This document shows positions 17,992 to 28,487 of a DNA stretch of 64,000 nucleotides, piece by piece (positions within the stretch are counted from its first letter, which is position 1; each line of letters opens with the position of its first letter). Under the pieces are notes generated by a model, which saw only the letters and a program-made list of their open reading frames with translations, did no database searches and was not told the DNA's origin. Origin of the DNA: Bacteroidia bacterium (GTDB taxonomy: Bacteria; Bacteroidota; Bacteroidia; Bacteroidales; UBA7960); the NCBI GenBank assembly GCA_007695305.1, contig REEA01000095.1, forward strand, positions 126-64,125. Direction: 5' to 3'. The position numbers and the translations under genes were made by a program.

Positions 17992-19452
17992 TTATCTTGG
18001 AGCTGCTCCGATCAGGTCCATGGCACATCTGAAGCCGATGTCGTTGGTGGCCTGATTTTCGTCGAGAAATCTGCGTGTACCCGGTGAAAGCCAGTATGAG
18101 CGGTCTTTCCAGCTCCCCCCTTTGTAAACCCTTGCAAAGTCGTTGATAAGTGTTGCGCCTTCGGGATACACTTCAAAGCCCTCAGCAATGGCGGATGCCT
18201 GATCGCCATCACGGTGCCCGATATAATCGGCCCTGCGGTAATTGAGCCTGGTTTGGTTGTCTTCTTCCCGGACAGGTTCCATCATCATCTGACCGTTTTC
18301 GTCAAACATGATGTTGCCGTCTGCATCGCGCATGGGGGTTTGAAAGATATTGCCCCTGAATGGTCTGTAGTCTGCCACCACTTCAAACGAAAGGGGGCGG
18401 TAAACATCTTTTACCCATTCATTTACGTTTCCTGCCATATCATAGAGCCCATAATCGTTTGGCCAGAATGATTTCACCGGCATGGTTATTTCACCGCCGG
18501 GATTTTGAAAGCCGGCAACGCCGGTATAATCGCCGGGGCCGCGCTGAAAGTTTGCTTTAAACTGTCCTCTGCTCCTGCGCTGGTCACTTCTCAGGTGACG
18601 GCCTTCCCACGGATATGTCCTTCGGTCGGTAATTCTCTCATCCACTGTTCCGCCAATAAGTCCGAGGGCTGCATATTCCCATTCGGCCTCGGTGGGCAGC
18701 CTGTAGCGCGGCAGGAGCAAACCATCTTCCCATCTTACACGTCTTGTGCCATCACCCCTGGGATCCAGGTCTTCCAGGTTGCGGCGCACAAGGCCTTCAT
18801 ACTGTCCTTCCAGGTAGGCCCTGGTAGTAAAGTGATTGCCTCCTTCCTGCTGGTCAAGATTCCAGTCGAGTATCCCCTCACGCACAAGGATCATTTCGTT
18901 AACACGGTCGGTGCGCCAACGCGCATAATCCATTGCCTGAACCCAGCTGACACCCACAACAGGATAATTATGGTATGCAGGATGACGGAGATAATTTTCC
19001 ACAAAAGGTTCGTTGTAAGCCAGCGGGTCACGCCATACCAGGGTGTCGGGCAGCGCATCAAAATATTTTTGCGGGTTGGTTTGCCTGAATATCCTGCTGG
19101 TCCAGAATAAATACTCCAGGTAGTCAACGTTCCTGATTTCTGTTTCATCCATAAAGAAAGATGAAACAGTAACGCGACGGGGTATATTGTTCCACTCAAA
19201 CATGATATCCTGTTCCGTCCCACCCATTACAAAAGTGCCACCTTCAACAAAAACCAGTCCGGGCCCTTTTTCCTGCAACGTATGGCTGGAAACTGCAAAA
19301 CCACCGGTTTCAGGATCATTGTATCTCCATCCGGTAGTTTGTGAGGTCTCTCTCTGGACTAAACCGCAGGCACTGAAAAACACCGTGCTTGCAAGAACTG
19401 TGAGTAAGATCGGAATGCTTCGCTTGATCTGCTTTGCCATTTGCATATGCAT
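17992..19452 (-). CDS. gldJ: gliding-motility/T9SS lipoprotein GldJ (FGE-sulfatase fold)
   Basis: Lipobox FFSAC. TGWRYNDPETGGF and GPGLVFVEGGTFVMG are GldJ-type blocks rather than GldK-type. A SUMF1-like YKGGSW is present. The gene sits next to murF, porU and porV, as I recall for Flavobacterium johnsoniae. Confidence 0.72.
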   Translation of the reverse strand: MHMQMAKQIKRSIPILLTVLASTVFFSACGLVQRETSQTTGWRYNDPETGGFAVSSHTLQEKGPGLVFVEGGTFVMGGTEQDIMFEWNNIPRRVTVSSFFMDETEIRNVDYLEYLFWTSRIFRQTNPQKYFDALPDTLVWRDPLAYNEPFVENYLRHPAYHNYPVVGVSWVQAMDYARWRTDRVNEMILVREGILDWNLDQQEGGNHFTTRAYLEGQYEGLVRRNLEDLDPRGDGTRRVRWEDGLLLPRYRLPTEAEWEYAALGLIGGTVDERITDRRTYPWEGRHLRSDQRRSRGQFKANFQRGPGDYTGVAGFQNPGGEITMPVKSFWPNDYGLYDMAGNVNEWVKDVYRPLSFEVVADYRPFRGNIFQTPMRDADGNIMFDENGQMMMEPVREEDNQTRLNYRRADYIGHRDGDQASAIAEGFEVYPEGATLINDFARVYKGGSWKDRSYWLSPGTRRFLDENQATNDIGFRCAMDLIGAAPR

Positions 19453-19477
19453 TTTAAAAATTTGGTCACAAAAATAA

Positions 19478-20449
19478 CTAAAATCTTGGATAGTTTATTA
19501 TATGCCTGCCAATATTTCTTTGCGGGCAATTGAAACGAAACGCGACACTTAGCTCATGGGTGGCATGCATTACATCGGAAAAACCCGACAAGGAATAATC
19601 ATAGCTATAGCCAATGCGGTATTCACCCATGTTGATGCCCAGCAGAAACACAATGGTATTGTTGGCTGCTGCAGGTGTTTCAATCCAGTGCCGGTACCAA
19701 ACCCCGAGCATCAAAGGCTTCGCACCTGTGTAAATCCCTCCGCTAATGTGAGAATGGGTGCCCTGGTGCTGAAAAACAATGTTTGGAGAAAAATAATAAG
19801 ACCTGCCCCGGTCGGCTCCAAACCCGGTCTGTGATCTTTCAAAATACAAACCCGCATGCGCAGTATATTTTATCGGAAGAATCGATTGCGCATCATTAAA
19901 CAAACTCATGTTGGGTTCGTTCAAATGATGGGCAGAAACACCTCCATAAAATTTTTGTGAGAAAAATAATACGCCGGCAGCCAAATCCAAACCATGCTTG
20001 TAATCGTTTTTAGGTGGCGTTTCGCCCGGATCCGCAAAATCAAATCGGTCCCAACGTGAATCATTACGGACATAACCCGCCTGTACAGCAAAATGCACAA
20101 AATGATCACCGGTAATCCTTAAATGATAGGAATAAGTTCCTGAAATCGTGTGTCGCATCATATACATGTTCGGATGATCACTGGTGATCATCAACCCAAC
20201 ACCACCCTGAAGGGCTTCAACATATTTGTCGAAGGAAAAGTTGATGGTGTGAAAATTTTCTATTGACCTTAACTGTCTGTAATTAAGAGCTATACGAGAG
20301 CATCCGGTGGAGCCGGCGAACGCCGGATTTAAGTATATGGGGGCAGCATAAAACTGGGAAAAAACAGGATCCTGTGCTAACACCATCGCAGACCGGCCAA
20401 ATGGCTGCATCATCAATAATAAGATAATTATAAGGGTGATTGGTCTCAT
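19478..20449 (-). CDS. PorP/SprF-family type IX secretion membrane protein
   Basis: The signal peptide is followed by QDPVFSQFYAAPIYLNPAFAG, the family-defining N-terminal block. The remainder is beta-barrel-like. Confidence 0.85.
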   Translation of the reverse strand: MRPITLIIILLLMMQPFGRSAMVLAQDPVFSQFYAAPIYLNPAFAGSTGCSRIALNYRQLRSIENFHTINFSFDKYVEALQGGVGLMITSDHPNMYMMRHTISGTYSYHLRITGDHFVHFAVQAGYVRNDSRWDRFDFADPGETPPKNDYKHGLDLAAGVLFFSQKFYGGVSAHHLNEPNMSLFNDAQSILPIKYTAHAGLYFERSQTGFGADRGRSYYFSPNIVFQHQGTHSHISGGIYTGAKPLMLGVWYRHWIETPAAANNTIVFLLGINMGEYRIGYSYDYSLSGFSDVMHATHELSVAFRFNCPQRNIGRHIINYPRF

Positions 20450-20687
20450 ACCTGTCTTTTCAAAAGAAAAAGCTGTATGCGTTTAAGAACGCAGATTATG
20501 CAAAAACAAATATACAATGTTTTAACTTTATTTAATTTTGATGAGGATTTGCTCGGACAGGGCATACAATGATATATACTATCACCCTGAATTGGGCGTT
20601 ATAAAATCAATTAAACTTTAGGGTCATAAATATTGTTGGTATTAGTGAAAACCTTTTGATCCTGATCTCTAAATCACAGAATCTAAG

Positions 20688-23600
20688 ATGTTCAGAAACT
20701 TACTAAAGTACTACAAAGCGTATTTTGGCTTATTTGGATTCATCATATACTCCCTGACGGCCTCTGCCGCTGTAACCGGCAGGGAAATTACCTGGCGCAA
20801 CCCGGTTCCAAACTACATCAATGAAGAAGAATACCTGGAGTCCATCTATTTTGACGGTGCCTATTATACCGATACACTGCATCACATTCCCGTTTACAGG
20901 TATCGCGTACACAACCCGGTTCCCCATTTTTCTCATCAAATTACATTAGACAACAAGGATTTTATTCCGGTTACAGGTAAGGAAGATGCCATTTTGCGGC
21001 TTTACAACTTTCACCGCGAAGAGATCATCCTGCATCATGAAATACAAAGTGCCCGCAAGAAATCATATTCTGTGGCCACTTTCTATCCTTTTGTTTATGA
21101 TTCGGCCACCGATACTTTCAAAAAACTGATTTCTTTTGATCTTTCGGCCGAACAGGTTTTTGACCATTCGCTCCAATTTATGCCCGGTGCTGATTTTGCT
21201 GAAAACTCTGTGCTTGCCAATGGCAGCTGGTACAAGATTTGTGTTGAGGAAACCGGTATTTATCGTCTGGGTTATAATGATCTTGAAGCTTTGGGCATAA
21301 ATCCCGGATCAGTACAAAAACAAAATATCCGTTTGTTTGGGAATGGCGGCGGTATGTTACCGGAGGCCAATGCAGCATTTGAGTTTAGCGACCTGAAGGA
21401 AAATGCCGTTTATGTTTCAGGTTCTGCCACCGGAACCTTTGGGCAAAATGACTACATCCTGTTCTATGGTCTCTCCCCCAATACCTGGCATGCTGAATTT
21501 TTCCCGGAAAACGATGAAAACAACGGCGAAGATGATGAGCCTTCCGGCAGATGGCTGTTCCGGCACAATGTTCACCTTTATGCCACCGAATCGTGTTACT
21601 TTATAACAACGGATCAGGGCCAGGGCAAACGAATTGAATCTGCGGGCAGTGTTCAGGATACACCGACGCACCAGGTCAGTACTTTCCGTGATTACGCATT
21701 TCATCAGCAAGATTTGGATAATCTCCTTGGTTCCGGCCGTGTATGGTTTGGTGAGGTCTTCGACGCGACCCTAAACCGGCAATTTCCGTTTGACTTTCCA
21801 AACCTGGCATCAGACGCACCAGCCACTCTGGAGGCATACCTTGCAGCCCGGGCACCTGTTGGCAGCAGCTTTACGGTGAGTGCGGGCGGTCAGCAACAAC
21901 AATTCCCCATCTTGCCCATCAATCCGGCCGATTATAACGGTTACTATGTAAGGGTAAACAACGGGTTCATGAACTTTAACCCTAATCAGCCTGACCGGGT
22001 GACGGTTAACCTGACCTATAACAGACCCGGGGCAGGCACAAGGGGTTATTTGAATTACCTGTCAGTCAACGCCGACAGGAATCTCCGCTTCTCCGGAGGC
22101 CAGATGCCATTTCGGCAGGTTGACCACATCGGCCCCGGCAAAATCGTGGAATATGTGTTGTCCGACTTTGGGCCTAACGTCACCGTGTGGGATGTTACCG
22201 ACCGATTCCATATAAAAGAGCAGCAAGTTACGCAGCAGGGTAACACCCGTCGTTTTACCCAGCCTGCCGGCAATATACGTGAGTTTATTGCTTTCGACGG
22301 CAGCACCTATCTCAGTGCGAACCTGGTGGGTCAGATCCCTAACCAGAACCTGCATGCCATGGAATCATCAGATTTGATCATTGTGAGCCCCGAAAAACTG
22401 ATTCCAGCTGCAGAGCGACTTGCCCAATACAGAAGAGATAATAACGGACTGACCGTGACCATCGTAACTACCGATCAGGTTTATCATGAGTTTTCTTCAG
22501 GAAGCCCCGACATTTCTGCCATCAGAAACTTCCTGCGTATGTTTTACGAAAGGGCCGGCACACCCGACCAGATGCCCGCATATTTGCTGTTGTTTGGCAA
22601 TGGAACATACGATAACAAGGACCTCCTCGGGTTTGGCGGCAATCTGATTCCAACCTACCAGAGTTACGCATCCATTTCCTTTCGCGCCTCATACATGACT
22701 GATGATTACTTCGGGCTGCTCGGTGAAAACGAAGGCCAGGATGCCGCTGGTGTTGTGGATATCGGCATCGGTCGTTTTCCCGTGCGCACACTGGAACAGG
22801 CCGAAATGCTCGTGGATAAAACCATTCGCTATGAAAAACGGATTCCGGGTATGGAGCCCGGCGAAGATAACCTGGACTTTACAGGTGTAGTGTCTAATTA
22901 TGCAGACTGGCGAAACAATGTGGTTTTTGTGGCTGACGACGGTGATAACAACACACATTTTTTGCATGCAGAGGAATTTGCTGACGAACTGCAGGCAAAC
23001 CATCCTCAATATAACATTCAGAAAATTTATCTCGACGCTTATCAGCAGGTTACGCTGGCCGGTGGACTACGTTACCCGGATGTGAACCGTGCCATCAACG
23101 AAGCAGTAAACAGAGGTGTCTTACTCATTAATTATATCGGACATGGAGGCAAACGTGGTTTGGCACAACAGAGGGTGTTGACGTTTGAAGACATTGCCGG
23201 ATGGAACAATAAGTACAATATGCCGGTATTTATGACCGCCACCTGTGAATTCAGCAGCTTCGACCATCCTGATCCGGACGATCTTTATGCAGGTGTACGC
23301 ATCGTTCTGAAACCGATAGGCGGTACCGTTGCCTTGTTTACAACCACACGACTTGCTTGGTCAGGAAACAATAAAACCCTGAATGCTAACTTCATGGAGA
23401 CCATGTTCTCTGCAGATGCTGACGGCAATAACTACCGGATGGGCGATCTTATCCGCATCGCAAAAGAGAAAAGCAGCGGGGTGAGCCTGCCTATGCAGTT
23501 GCGTAACTTTGTGCTCCTTGGTGACCCTTCCATGCAAATGGCTTTTCCCGAACACCGCGTTGTTACGGAGCACATGCCCGATACCTTAAGGGCCTTCCAG

Positions 23601-24602
23601 GAAGTAACCGTGTCGGGTTATGTGACAGATATTTATGGAAACAAACTCCAGAACTATAACGGTGTCCTTTTTCCAACCATTTACGATAAAGAAGAAACCT
23701 TCAGGACGCTGGGCAACAACCAGGGAAGCCATCCCAGAGACTTTAACATGCGTAATTCCGTTTTATACAGGGGAAAGGCAAGCATTCATGATGGTGAGTT
23801 TTCCTTCACATTTATGGTACCGCGCGACATTGCCTACAATTATGGCAGCGGCAGGATCAGCTATTATATGGACGATGGACAAGCGGATGGCCATGGGTTT
23901 TATGAAAACTTCATCATCGGTGGCACCCTCGACAATTTTACACCCGATCATGAAGGCCCGGTTATCGACCTGTACATGAATGACACCACTTTTGTGTCGG
24001 GCGACTATACCAATGAAAACCCCATATTGCTTGCCTTCCTTTATGATGAAAGTGGCATCAATATGACCGGTAGCATTGGCCATGACATTGTTGCCTATCT
24101 CAACAATTCAGGCGATCCCATCAGGTTGACCAATTACTATGAAGCCGCTATGGACACCTACAAAAGCGGGAGGGTTGTTTATCCTTTCTTTAACCTGGAA
24201 GATGGTCATCACACACTGCTCATGCGTGCATGGGATATCCATAACAATCCATCAACGGCCAGTATAGACTTTGTGGTGAGTAGTGCCGGTCGTATTGTAC
24301 TCGGGGATCTGATGAATTATCCGAATCCGTTTTCATACGATACCTGGTTCACTTTCAAACACAACCAGGCTTTCAATGAACTGGACGTACGCATCGATAT
24401 TTATGATTTACAGGGTCGCCTTGTAAACACCATTAAAGAACGTGTTTCTTCGGCTGGCTTTCAGTCTGCACCCATCCACTGGGACGGAGTGAGCAACGAC
24501 GGTCGTCTGCTTGGTAATGGTATTTATCTATACAGGCTGACGCTGAGAACCCCTTCCGGGGAAAGAAGCAGGCAAACCGAAAAACTGGTTATTTTCCGCT
24601 GA
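20688..24602 (+). CDS. porU: type IX secretion system sortase PorU (C25-like peptidase with CTD)
   Basis: 1304 aa. Gingipain-like His/Cys region (INYIGHGG ... FMTATCEFSSF) and a C-terminal T9SS sorting domain (NYPNPFS...IYLYRLTL...). Confidence 0.9.
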   Translation: MFRNLLKYYKAYFGLFGFIIYSLTASAAVTGREITWRNPVPNYINEEEYLESIYFDGAYYTDTLHHIPVYRYRVHNPVPHFSHQITLDNKDFIPVTGKEDAILRLYNFHREEIILHHEIQSARKKSYSVATFYPFVYDSATDTFKKLISFDLSAEQVFDHSLQFMPGADFAENSVLANGSWYKICVEETGIYRLGYNDLEALGINPGSVQKQNIRLFGNGGGMLPEANAAFEFSDLKENAVYVSGSATGTFGQNDYILFYGLSPNTWHAEFFPENDENNGEDDEPSGRWLFRHNVHLYATESCYFITTDQGQGKRIESAGSVQDTPTHQVSTFRDYAFHQQDLDNLLGSGRVWFGEVFDATLNRQFPFDFPNLASDAPATLEAYLAARAPVGSSFTVSAGGQQQQFPILPINPADYNGYYVRVNNGFMNFNPNQPDRVTVNLTYNRPGAGTRGYLNYLSVNADRNLRFSGGQMPFRQVDHIGPGKIVEYVLSDFGPNVTVWDVTDRFHIKEQQVTQQGNTRRFTQPAGNIREFIAFDGSTYLSANLVGQIPNQNLHAMESSDLIIVSPEKLIPAAERLAQYRRDNNGLTVTIVTTDQVYHEFSSGSPDISAIRNFLRMFYERAGTPDQMPAYLLLFGNGTYDNKDLLGFGGNLIPTYQSYASISFRASYMTDDYFGLLGENEGQDAAGVVDIGIGRFPVRTLEQAEMLVDKTIRYEKRIPGMEPGEDNLDFTGVVSNYADWRNNVVFVADDGDNNTHFLHAEEFADELQANHPQYNIQKIYLDAYQQVTLAGGLRYPDVNRAINEAVNRGVLLINYIGHGGKRGLAQQRVLTFEDIAGWNNKYNMPVFMTATCEFSSFDHPDPDDLYAGVRIVLKPIGGTVALFTTTRLAWSGNNKTLNANFMETMFSADADGNNYRMGDLIRIAKEKSSGVSLPMQLRNFVLLGDPSMQMAFPEHRVVTEHMPDTLRAFQEVTVSGYVTDIYGNKLQNYNGVLFPTIYDKEETFRTLGNNQGSHPRDFNMRNSVLYRGKASIHDGEFSFTFMVPRDIAYNYGSGRISYYMDDGQADGHGFYENFIIGGTLDNFTPDHEGPVIDLYMNDTTFVSGDYTNENPILLAFLYDESGINMTGSIGHDIVAYLNNSGDPIRLTNYYEAAMDTYKSGRVVYPFFNLEDGHHTLLMRAWDIHNNPSTASIDFVVSSAGRIVLGDLMNYPNPFSYDTWFTFKHNQAFNELDVRIDIYDLQGRLVNTIKERVSSAGFQSAPIHWDGVSNDGRLLGNGIYLYRLTLRTPSGERSRQTEKLVIFR

Positions 24603-24717
24603 TGGCGGCAACCAAAACAGATATATGAATGTGAACAATGTCTATAGAATATACAGACCACCATCGCAGATAAAATTTTATGGAAGCGTTGGTGCAATAT
24701 GGTATTTTAAAATTCGT

Positions 24718-24725
24718 TATATTTG
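24718..24725 (+). promoter_or_regulatory. candidate -7 box (TAnnTTTG) upstream of porV
   Basis: TATATTTG lies about 90 nt upstream of the ATG at 24815. Confidence 0.35.
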
Positions 24726-24814
24726 CGGTCTTTTAAAAAACTCCTCATGCAATTATTTGCATTACAAATTGTTTCTGGTTCGTTTCTTAACAAATCAATC
24801 TAAATAATCGATCA

Positions 24815-26029
24815 ATGAGAGCTGTTTATTCTTTAATTTTTGCTTTGGTATTGTTGATAACCTGTCCTGGTGTGGTGTTTTCCCAGGGAGACGTTGACTA
24901 TGGTGACCTTCTTGGGCAACGAGCGCTGAACCCCATCACCACCGCCGTACCCTTTTTGTTGATTGCTCCCGATGCCCGCGGAGGAGCTCTGGGTGATGCC
25001 GGTGTATCATCTTCACCGGATATCAACTCCATGCACTGGAACCCTGCAAAATATGCATTTATGGAGCAGGATATGGGTTTTGCAGTAAGCTATACGCCCT
25101 GGCTGCGTACACTGGTACCCGACATCAACCTTGGTTATCTTACGGGATACCGTCGGCTGGATCCGCTGCAAACCATTGCCTTTTCTTTAAAATACTTCAC
25201 CCTCGGTGATGTGAACTTTACTGACGATGTGGGGAATTATATGGGAACCGTGAGGCCCAATGAGTTCTCATTCGATGTGGCTTACGCCAGATTGCTTGGT
25301 GACAACCTGTCGGGAGCCATAGCAGCCAGGTTCATTTACAGTGACCTTACTCAAGGTCAAATGGCCGGTGGGATGGAAACACAGGCGGGTGTATCGCTTG
25401 CAGCAGATGTAGCTGCCTATTACCAGCGAGACCTGACCTGGGATACCCCCACAAAATTTGCCGCCGGTGTAAATATTTCAAATATGGGAAACAAAATTTC
25501 CTACACGGATAGAATCAACGCCGACTTTATTCCCATAAACCTCCGCTTTGGCCCATCGCTGACTTTTGAATTGGACGATTTTAACGAGATTGCCGTGATG
25601 GTGGATTTCAATAAACTGCTTGTGCCAACACCCCCTATCTACGCCCGTGATGAGAACGGCCAACTGATCCCAACTGATGATGGCTGGGAAATTGCTGAAG
25701 GACGTGATCCCAACCGCTCCGTGGTGGCCGGAATGCTCGGTTCTTTTTCCGATGCTCCGGGTGGTTTCCAGGAAGAACTCAACGAATTTACAATCTCAGC
25801 CGGTATCGAATATTGGTACGACAGACAGTTTGCATTGAGAGCAGGATACTTCCATGAGCATGAGAGCAAAGGAAACCGTAAGTATTTCACAGTGGGCGTG
25901 GGATTGAAATACAATGTGTTCGGACTGGACTTTGCTTACCTTGTTCCTGTAGCTCAGCGCAGCCCGCTGGAGAATGTTCTCAGGTTCTCCCTGTCATTTG
26001 ATTTGGAAGCATTGCAGGCCGGTAATTAA
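24815..26029 (+). CDS. porV: type IX secretion outer-membrane shuttle protein PorV (LptO)
   Basis: 404 aa with a signal peptide and a FadL-like barrel. It lies immediately downstream of porU, and the N-terminal ITTAVPFLLIAPDARGGALGDAG block is typical of PorV. Confidence 0.85.
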   Translation: MRAVYSLIFALVLLITCPGVVFSQGDVDYGDLLGQRALNPITTAVPFLLIAPDARGGALGDAGVSSSPDINSMHWNPAKYAFMEQDMGFAVSYTPWLRTLVPDINLGYLTGYRRLDPLQTIAFSLKYFTLGDVNFTDDVGNYMGTVRPNEFSFDVAYARLLGDNLSGAIAARFIYSDLTQGQMAGGMETQAGVSLAADVAAYYQRDLTWDTPTKFAAGVNISNMGNKISYTDRINADFIPINLRFGPSLTFELDDFNEIAVMVDFNKLLVPTPPIYARDENGQLIPTDDGWEIAEGRDPNRSVVAGMLGSFSDAPGGFQEELNEFTISAGIEYWYDRQFALRAGYFHEHESKGNRKYFTVGVGLKYNVFGLDFAYLVPVAQRSPLENVLRFSLSFDLEALQAGN

Positions 26030-26041
26030 ACTGCTGGCATT

Positions 26042-26527
26042 ATGCGTATTGGATTTGGTCATGATGTTCATGCCCTGGCACCCGGTCGCCCACTGGTGAT
26101 CGGCGGTGTGATGATCCCTTTTCATAAAGGCCCGGCAGGCCATTCTGATGCCGACGTCCTCATTCATGCCATCATGGATGCACTGCTGGGAGCAGCTGCA
26201 CTGAGAGATATCGGAACCCACTTCCCCGACAACGACGAACGCTATAGAAACGCTGACAGCAAATGGCTCCTCCAACAAGTTATGCGGTTAGTTACAGAAA
26301 TGGGCTACCGCGTATCCAATGTGGATGCCACCGTATGCCTGCAAACACCCACCATTACCCATTATGTTCCCGAAATGCAAAAGATACTGGCTGATCTGAT
26401 GCGGATTGATCCCGGACAGGTCTCTGTGAAGGCAACCACAACAGAACACCTGGGTTTTATCGGGCGCGGAGAAGGTATTTCAGCCTATGCAGTGGCGTTG
26501 CTGATATCCTCAGACTTTTCGCGATAG
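26042..26527 (+). CDS. ispF: 2-C-methyl-D-erythritol 2,4-cyclodiphosphate synthase
   Basis: MRIGFGHDVHAL and GHSDADVLIHAIMDALLGA zinc-site motifs. Length 161 aa. Confidence 0.93.
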   Translation: MRIGFGHDVHALAPGRPLVIGGVMIPFHKGPAGHSDADVLIHAIMDALLGAAALRDIGTHFPDNDERYRNADSKWLLQQVMRLVTEMGYRVSNVDATVCLQTPTITHYVPEMQKILADLMRIDPGQVSVKATTTEHLGFIGRGEGISAYAVALLISSDFSR

Positions 26528-26566
26528 TAAATCGGAAAGATAAGTCGCAGAAATGGTTCATGTGGG

Positions 26567-27292
26567 TTAGCGTCGCAACTGAAAACTTTCACCCAGGTAT
26601 AGTTTACGCACTTCTTTGTCGCCGGCCAGATCTTCGGATGTACCTGCCTTCAGGATCGATCCTTCAAATAAAAGATAAGCCCGGTCTGTAATTGTCAAAG
26701 TTTCATGCACATTATGGTCGGTGATGAGCACGCCAATGTTTTTTTCTTTCAATGTGGACACGATATTTTGTATGTCCTCCACGGCGATGGGATCAACACC
26801 AGCAAAGGGTTCATCCAGCAAAATAAATTTGGGGTCGGTAGCCAGCGAACGGGCAATCTCCGTGCGGCGTCTCTCCCCGCCGGATAAAGTGATCCCTTTA
26901 CTTTTCCTGATATACTGAAGCCCAAACTCATCCAGCAGACTTTCCAGTTTCTCTTTTTGCTCCTCTTTGCTTTTATTGGTGAATTCCAGCACCGCCCTGA
27001 TATTGTCTTCAACACTAAGGTTACGAAAAACGCTGGCCTCCTGTGCCAGGTAACCGATGCCACGCTTAGCCCTTTTGTACATAGGCTCCCTGGTAATTTC
27101 TTCTTTGTCAAGATGGATCGTTCCCATGTTAGGTTTGATCAGGCCTACAATCATGTAAAACGTGGTGGTCTTGCCTGCACCATTGGGTCCAAGCAAGCCC
27201 ACGATCTCTCCCTGGTTCACCTCAACGGAAACGTGGTTGACAACCACTCTTTTTTTATATTTTTTGACCAGATCTTTGGTGTACAATTTCAT
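26567..27292 (-). CDS. lptB: LPS export ABC transporter ATP-binding protein
   Basis: Walker [10 protein letters not shown], signature LSGGERRR and Walker B ILLDEPF. Length 241 aa, adjacent to kdsD. Confidence 0.88.
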   Translation of the reverse strand: MKLYTKDLVKKYKKRVVVNHVSVEVNQGEIVGLLGPNGAGKTTTFYMIVGLIKPNMGTIHLDKEEITREPMYKRAKRGIGYLAQEASVFRNLSVEDNIRAVLEFTNKSKEEQKEKLESLLDEFGLQYIRKSKGITLSGGERRRTEIARSLATDPKFILLDEPFAGVDPIAVEDIQNIVSTLKEKNIGVLITDHNVHETLTITDRAYLLFEGSILKAGTSEDLAGDKEVRKLYLGESFQLRR

Positions 27293-27351
27293 TGCTTCCT
27301 CGATTAACTAAACTCCTCGTTTCTGTTTTTCTCCATCCATCCTGCCCAAAA

Positions 27352-28317
27352 TCAGATAATCCCTTCTCTGAGGATGTCATGGAGGTGCACAACACCTTTG
27401 TATTCCTCGTTATCCAATACCAGGAGCTGAGTAATATTGTTTTGCCGCATGATTTGTAACGCATCTACGGCAAGTGTTTTACCCGGAATGGTTTTTGGGT
27501 TTTTTGTCATGATGTCTTTTGCCTTCAGCTTTGAGATATCATGACCTTTTTCCAGCATTCGCCTGAGGTCACCGTCGGTAATGATACCAATCACACGGTT
27601 GTTTTCAAGTACTGCGGTAACGCCCAATCGTTTACCGGAAATTTCAACGATCAGCGAGCGGATATCTGCATCGGGCGAAACAGCGGGTCGCTCATTGGCG
27701 GGATATAGGTTTTCTGCTTTCAGATAAAGCTGTTTTCCCAAAGAGCCACCGGGGTGATAACGGGCAAAATCCTGCGCTGAGAAGCCGCGGCAGTGTAAAA
27801 CAGCCATGGCCAGGGCGTCTCCCATCACAAGTTGCGCGGTTGTACTGCATGTGGGCGCAGGATTGCCGGGAGTAGCTTCCTGTTCTACAGTCGTGTTTAT
27901 GACAATGTCGGACTGGCTTGCCAGGTAAGATTGCTTGTTGCCCACCATTCCAATGAGCAAGGCACCAAGGGTTTTCAGCATGGGCGTCAGCACTTTGATT
28001 TCCGGTGTGTTGCCGCTGTTACTCAGGCATATTGCTATGTCTTCCCGTTGTATGATGCCAAGATCCCCATGAATGGCATCGGCAGCGTGTAAAAATATGG
28101 CCGGAGTACCTGTGGAGTTAAAAGTGGCAACAATTTTCCCTGCAATAATGGCGCTTTTACCAATGCCGGTGATTACGATTCGGCCACGGCAGTGCAAAAT
28201 TTGCTCAACTGCCTGAACAAAAGCATCATCAATATAGTTTTCTAATTGTTTTATGGCAATATATTCATCCTTTATGGTGGACAAGGCGATCTGCTTTATC
28301 TCTTCGGGTGTATTCAC
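27352..28317 (-). CDS. kdsD: arabinose-5-phosphate isomerase (KpsF/GutQ family; SIS plus two CBS domains)
   Basis: SIS block VITGIGKSAIIA, followed by tandem CBS domains. The start is GTG with no nearby ATG. Confidence 0.85.
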   Translation of the reverse strand: MNTPEEIKQIALSTIKDEYIAIKQLENYIDDAFVQAVEQILHCRGRIVITGIGKSAIIAGKIVATFNSTGTPAIFLHAADAIHGDLGIIQREDIAICLSNSGNTPEIKVLTPMLKTLGALLIGMVGNKQSYLASQSDIVINTTVEQEATPGNPAPTCSTTAQLVMGDALAMAVLHCRGFSAQDFARYHPGGSLGKQLYLKAENLYPANERPAVSPDADIRSLIVEISGKRLGVTAVLENNRVIGIITDGDLRRMLEKGHDISKLKAKDIMTKNPKTIPGKTLAVDALQIMRQNNITQLLVLDNEEYKGVVHLHDILREGII

Positions 28318-28487
28318 TGAATAAAATTTGAAAAACTATTGTGTAAATAGGTTTTTAATATTAAATTTACACTACAAACCTACATGATTTTTCCCAATAA
28401 CGGTAAAATCTTTCTGATGTTGCAACAAATATACACAATTGCCTGTTTAATAGGTGTTTTAAAATGTAATATCTTTATTTTGCAAAT

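Noticed and set aside
17992-19452. Calling this FGE-sulfatase-fold lipoprotein GldK/PorK or a formylglycine-generating enzyme.
   Set aside because: No gldL/M/N genes follow it. Its N-terminal TGW..ND..GGF block and its murF/porU/porV neighbourhood fit GldJ. The lipobox and lack of FGE catalytic context argue against a sulfatase maturase. Its 486-aa length is shorter than the F. johnsoniae GldJ I remember, so some doubt remains.
24625-24807. A 60-aa ORF in the porU-porV spacer.
   Set aside because: It is AT-rich with an odd composition (Tyr/Lys/Phe/Asn-rich), overlaps the candidate porV promoter box, and shows no motif.
28341-28372. An 8-bp inverted repeat, GTGTAAAT-N16-ATTTACAC, in the kdsD/recQ divergent spacer.
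   Set aside because: It is AT-rich, has a long spacer and is single-copy as far as I can see. It is plausibly chance in an AT-rich promoter region and was not promoted to a finding.
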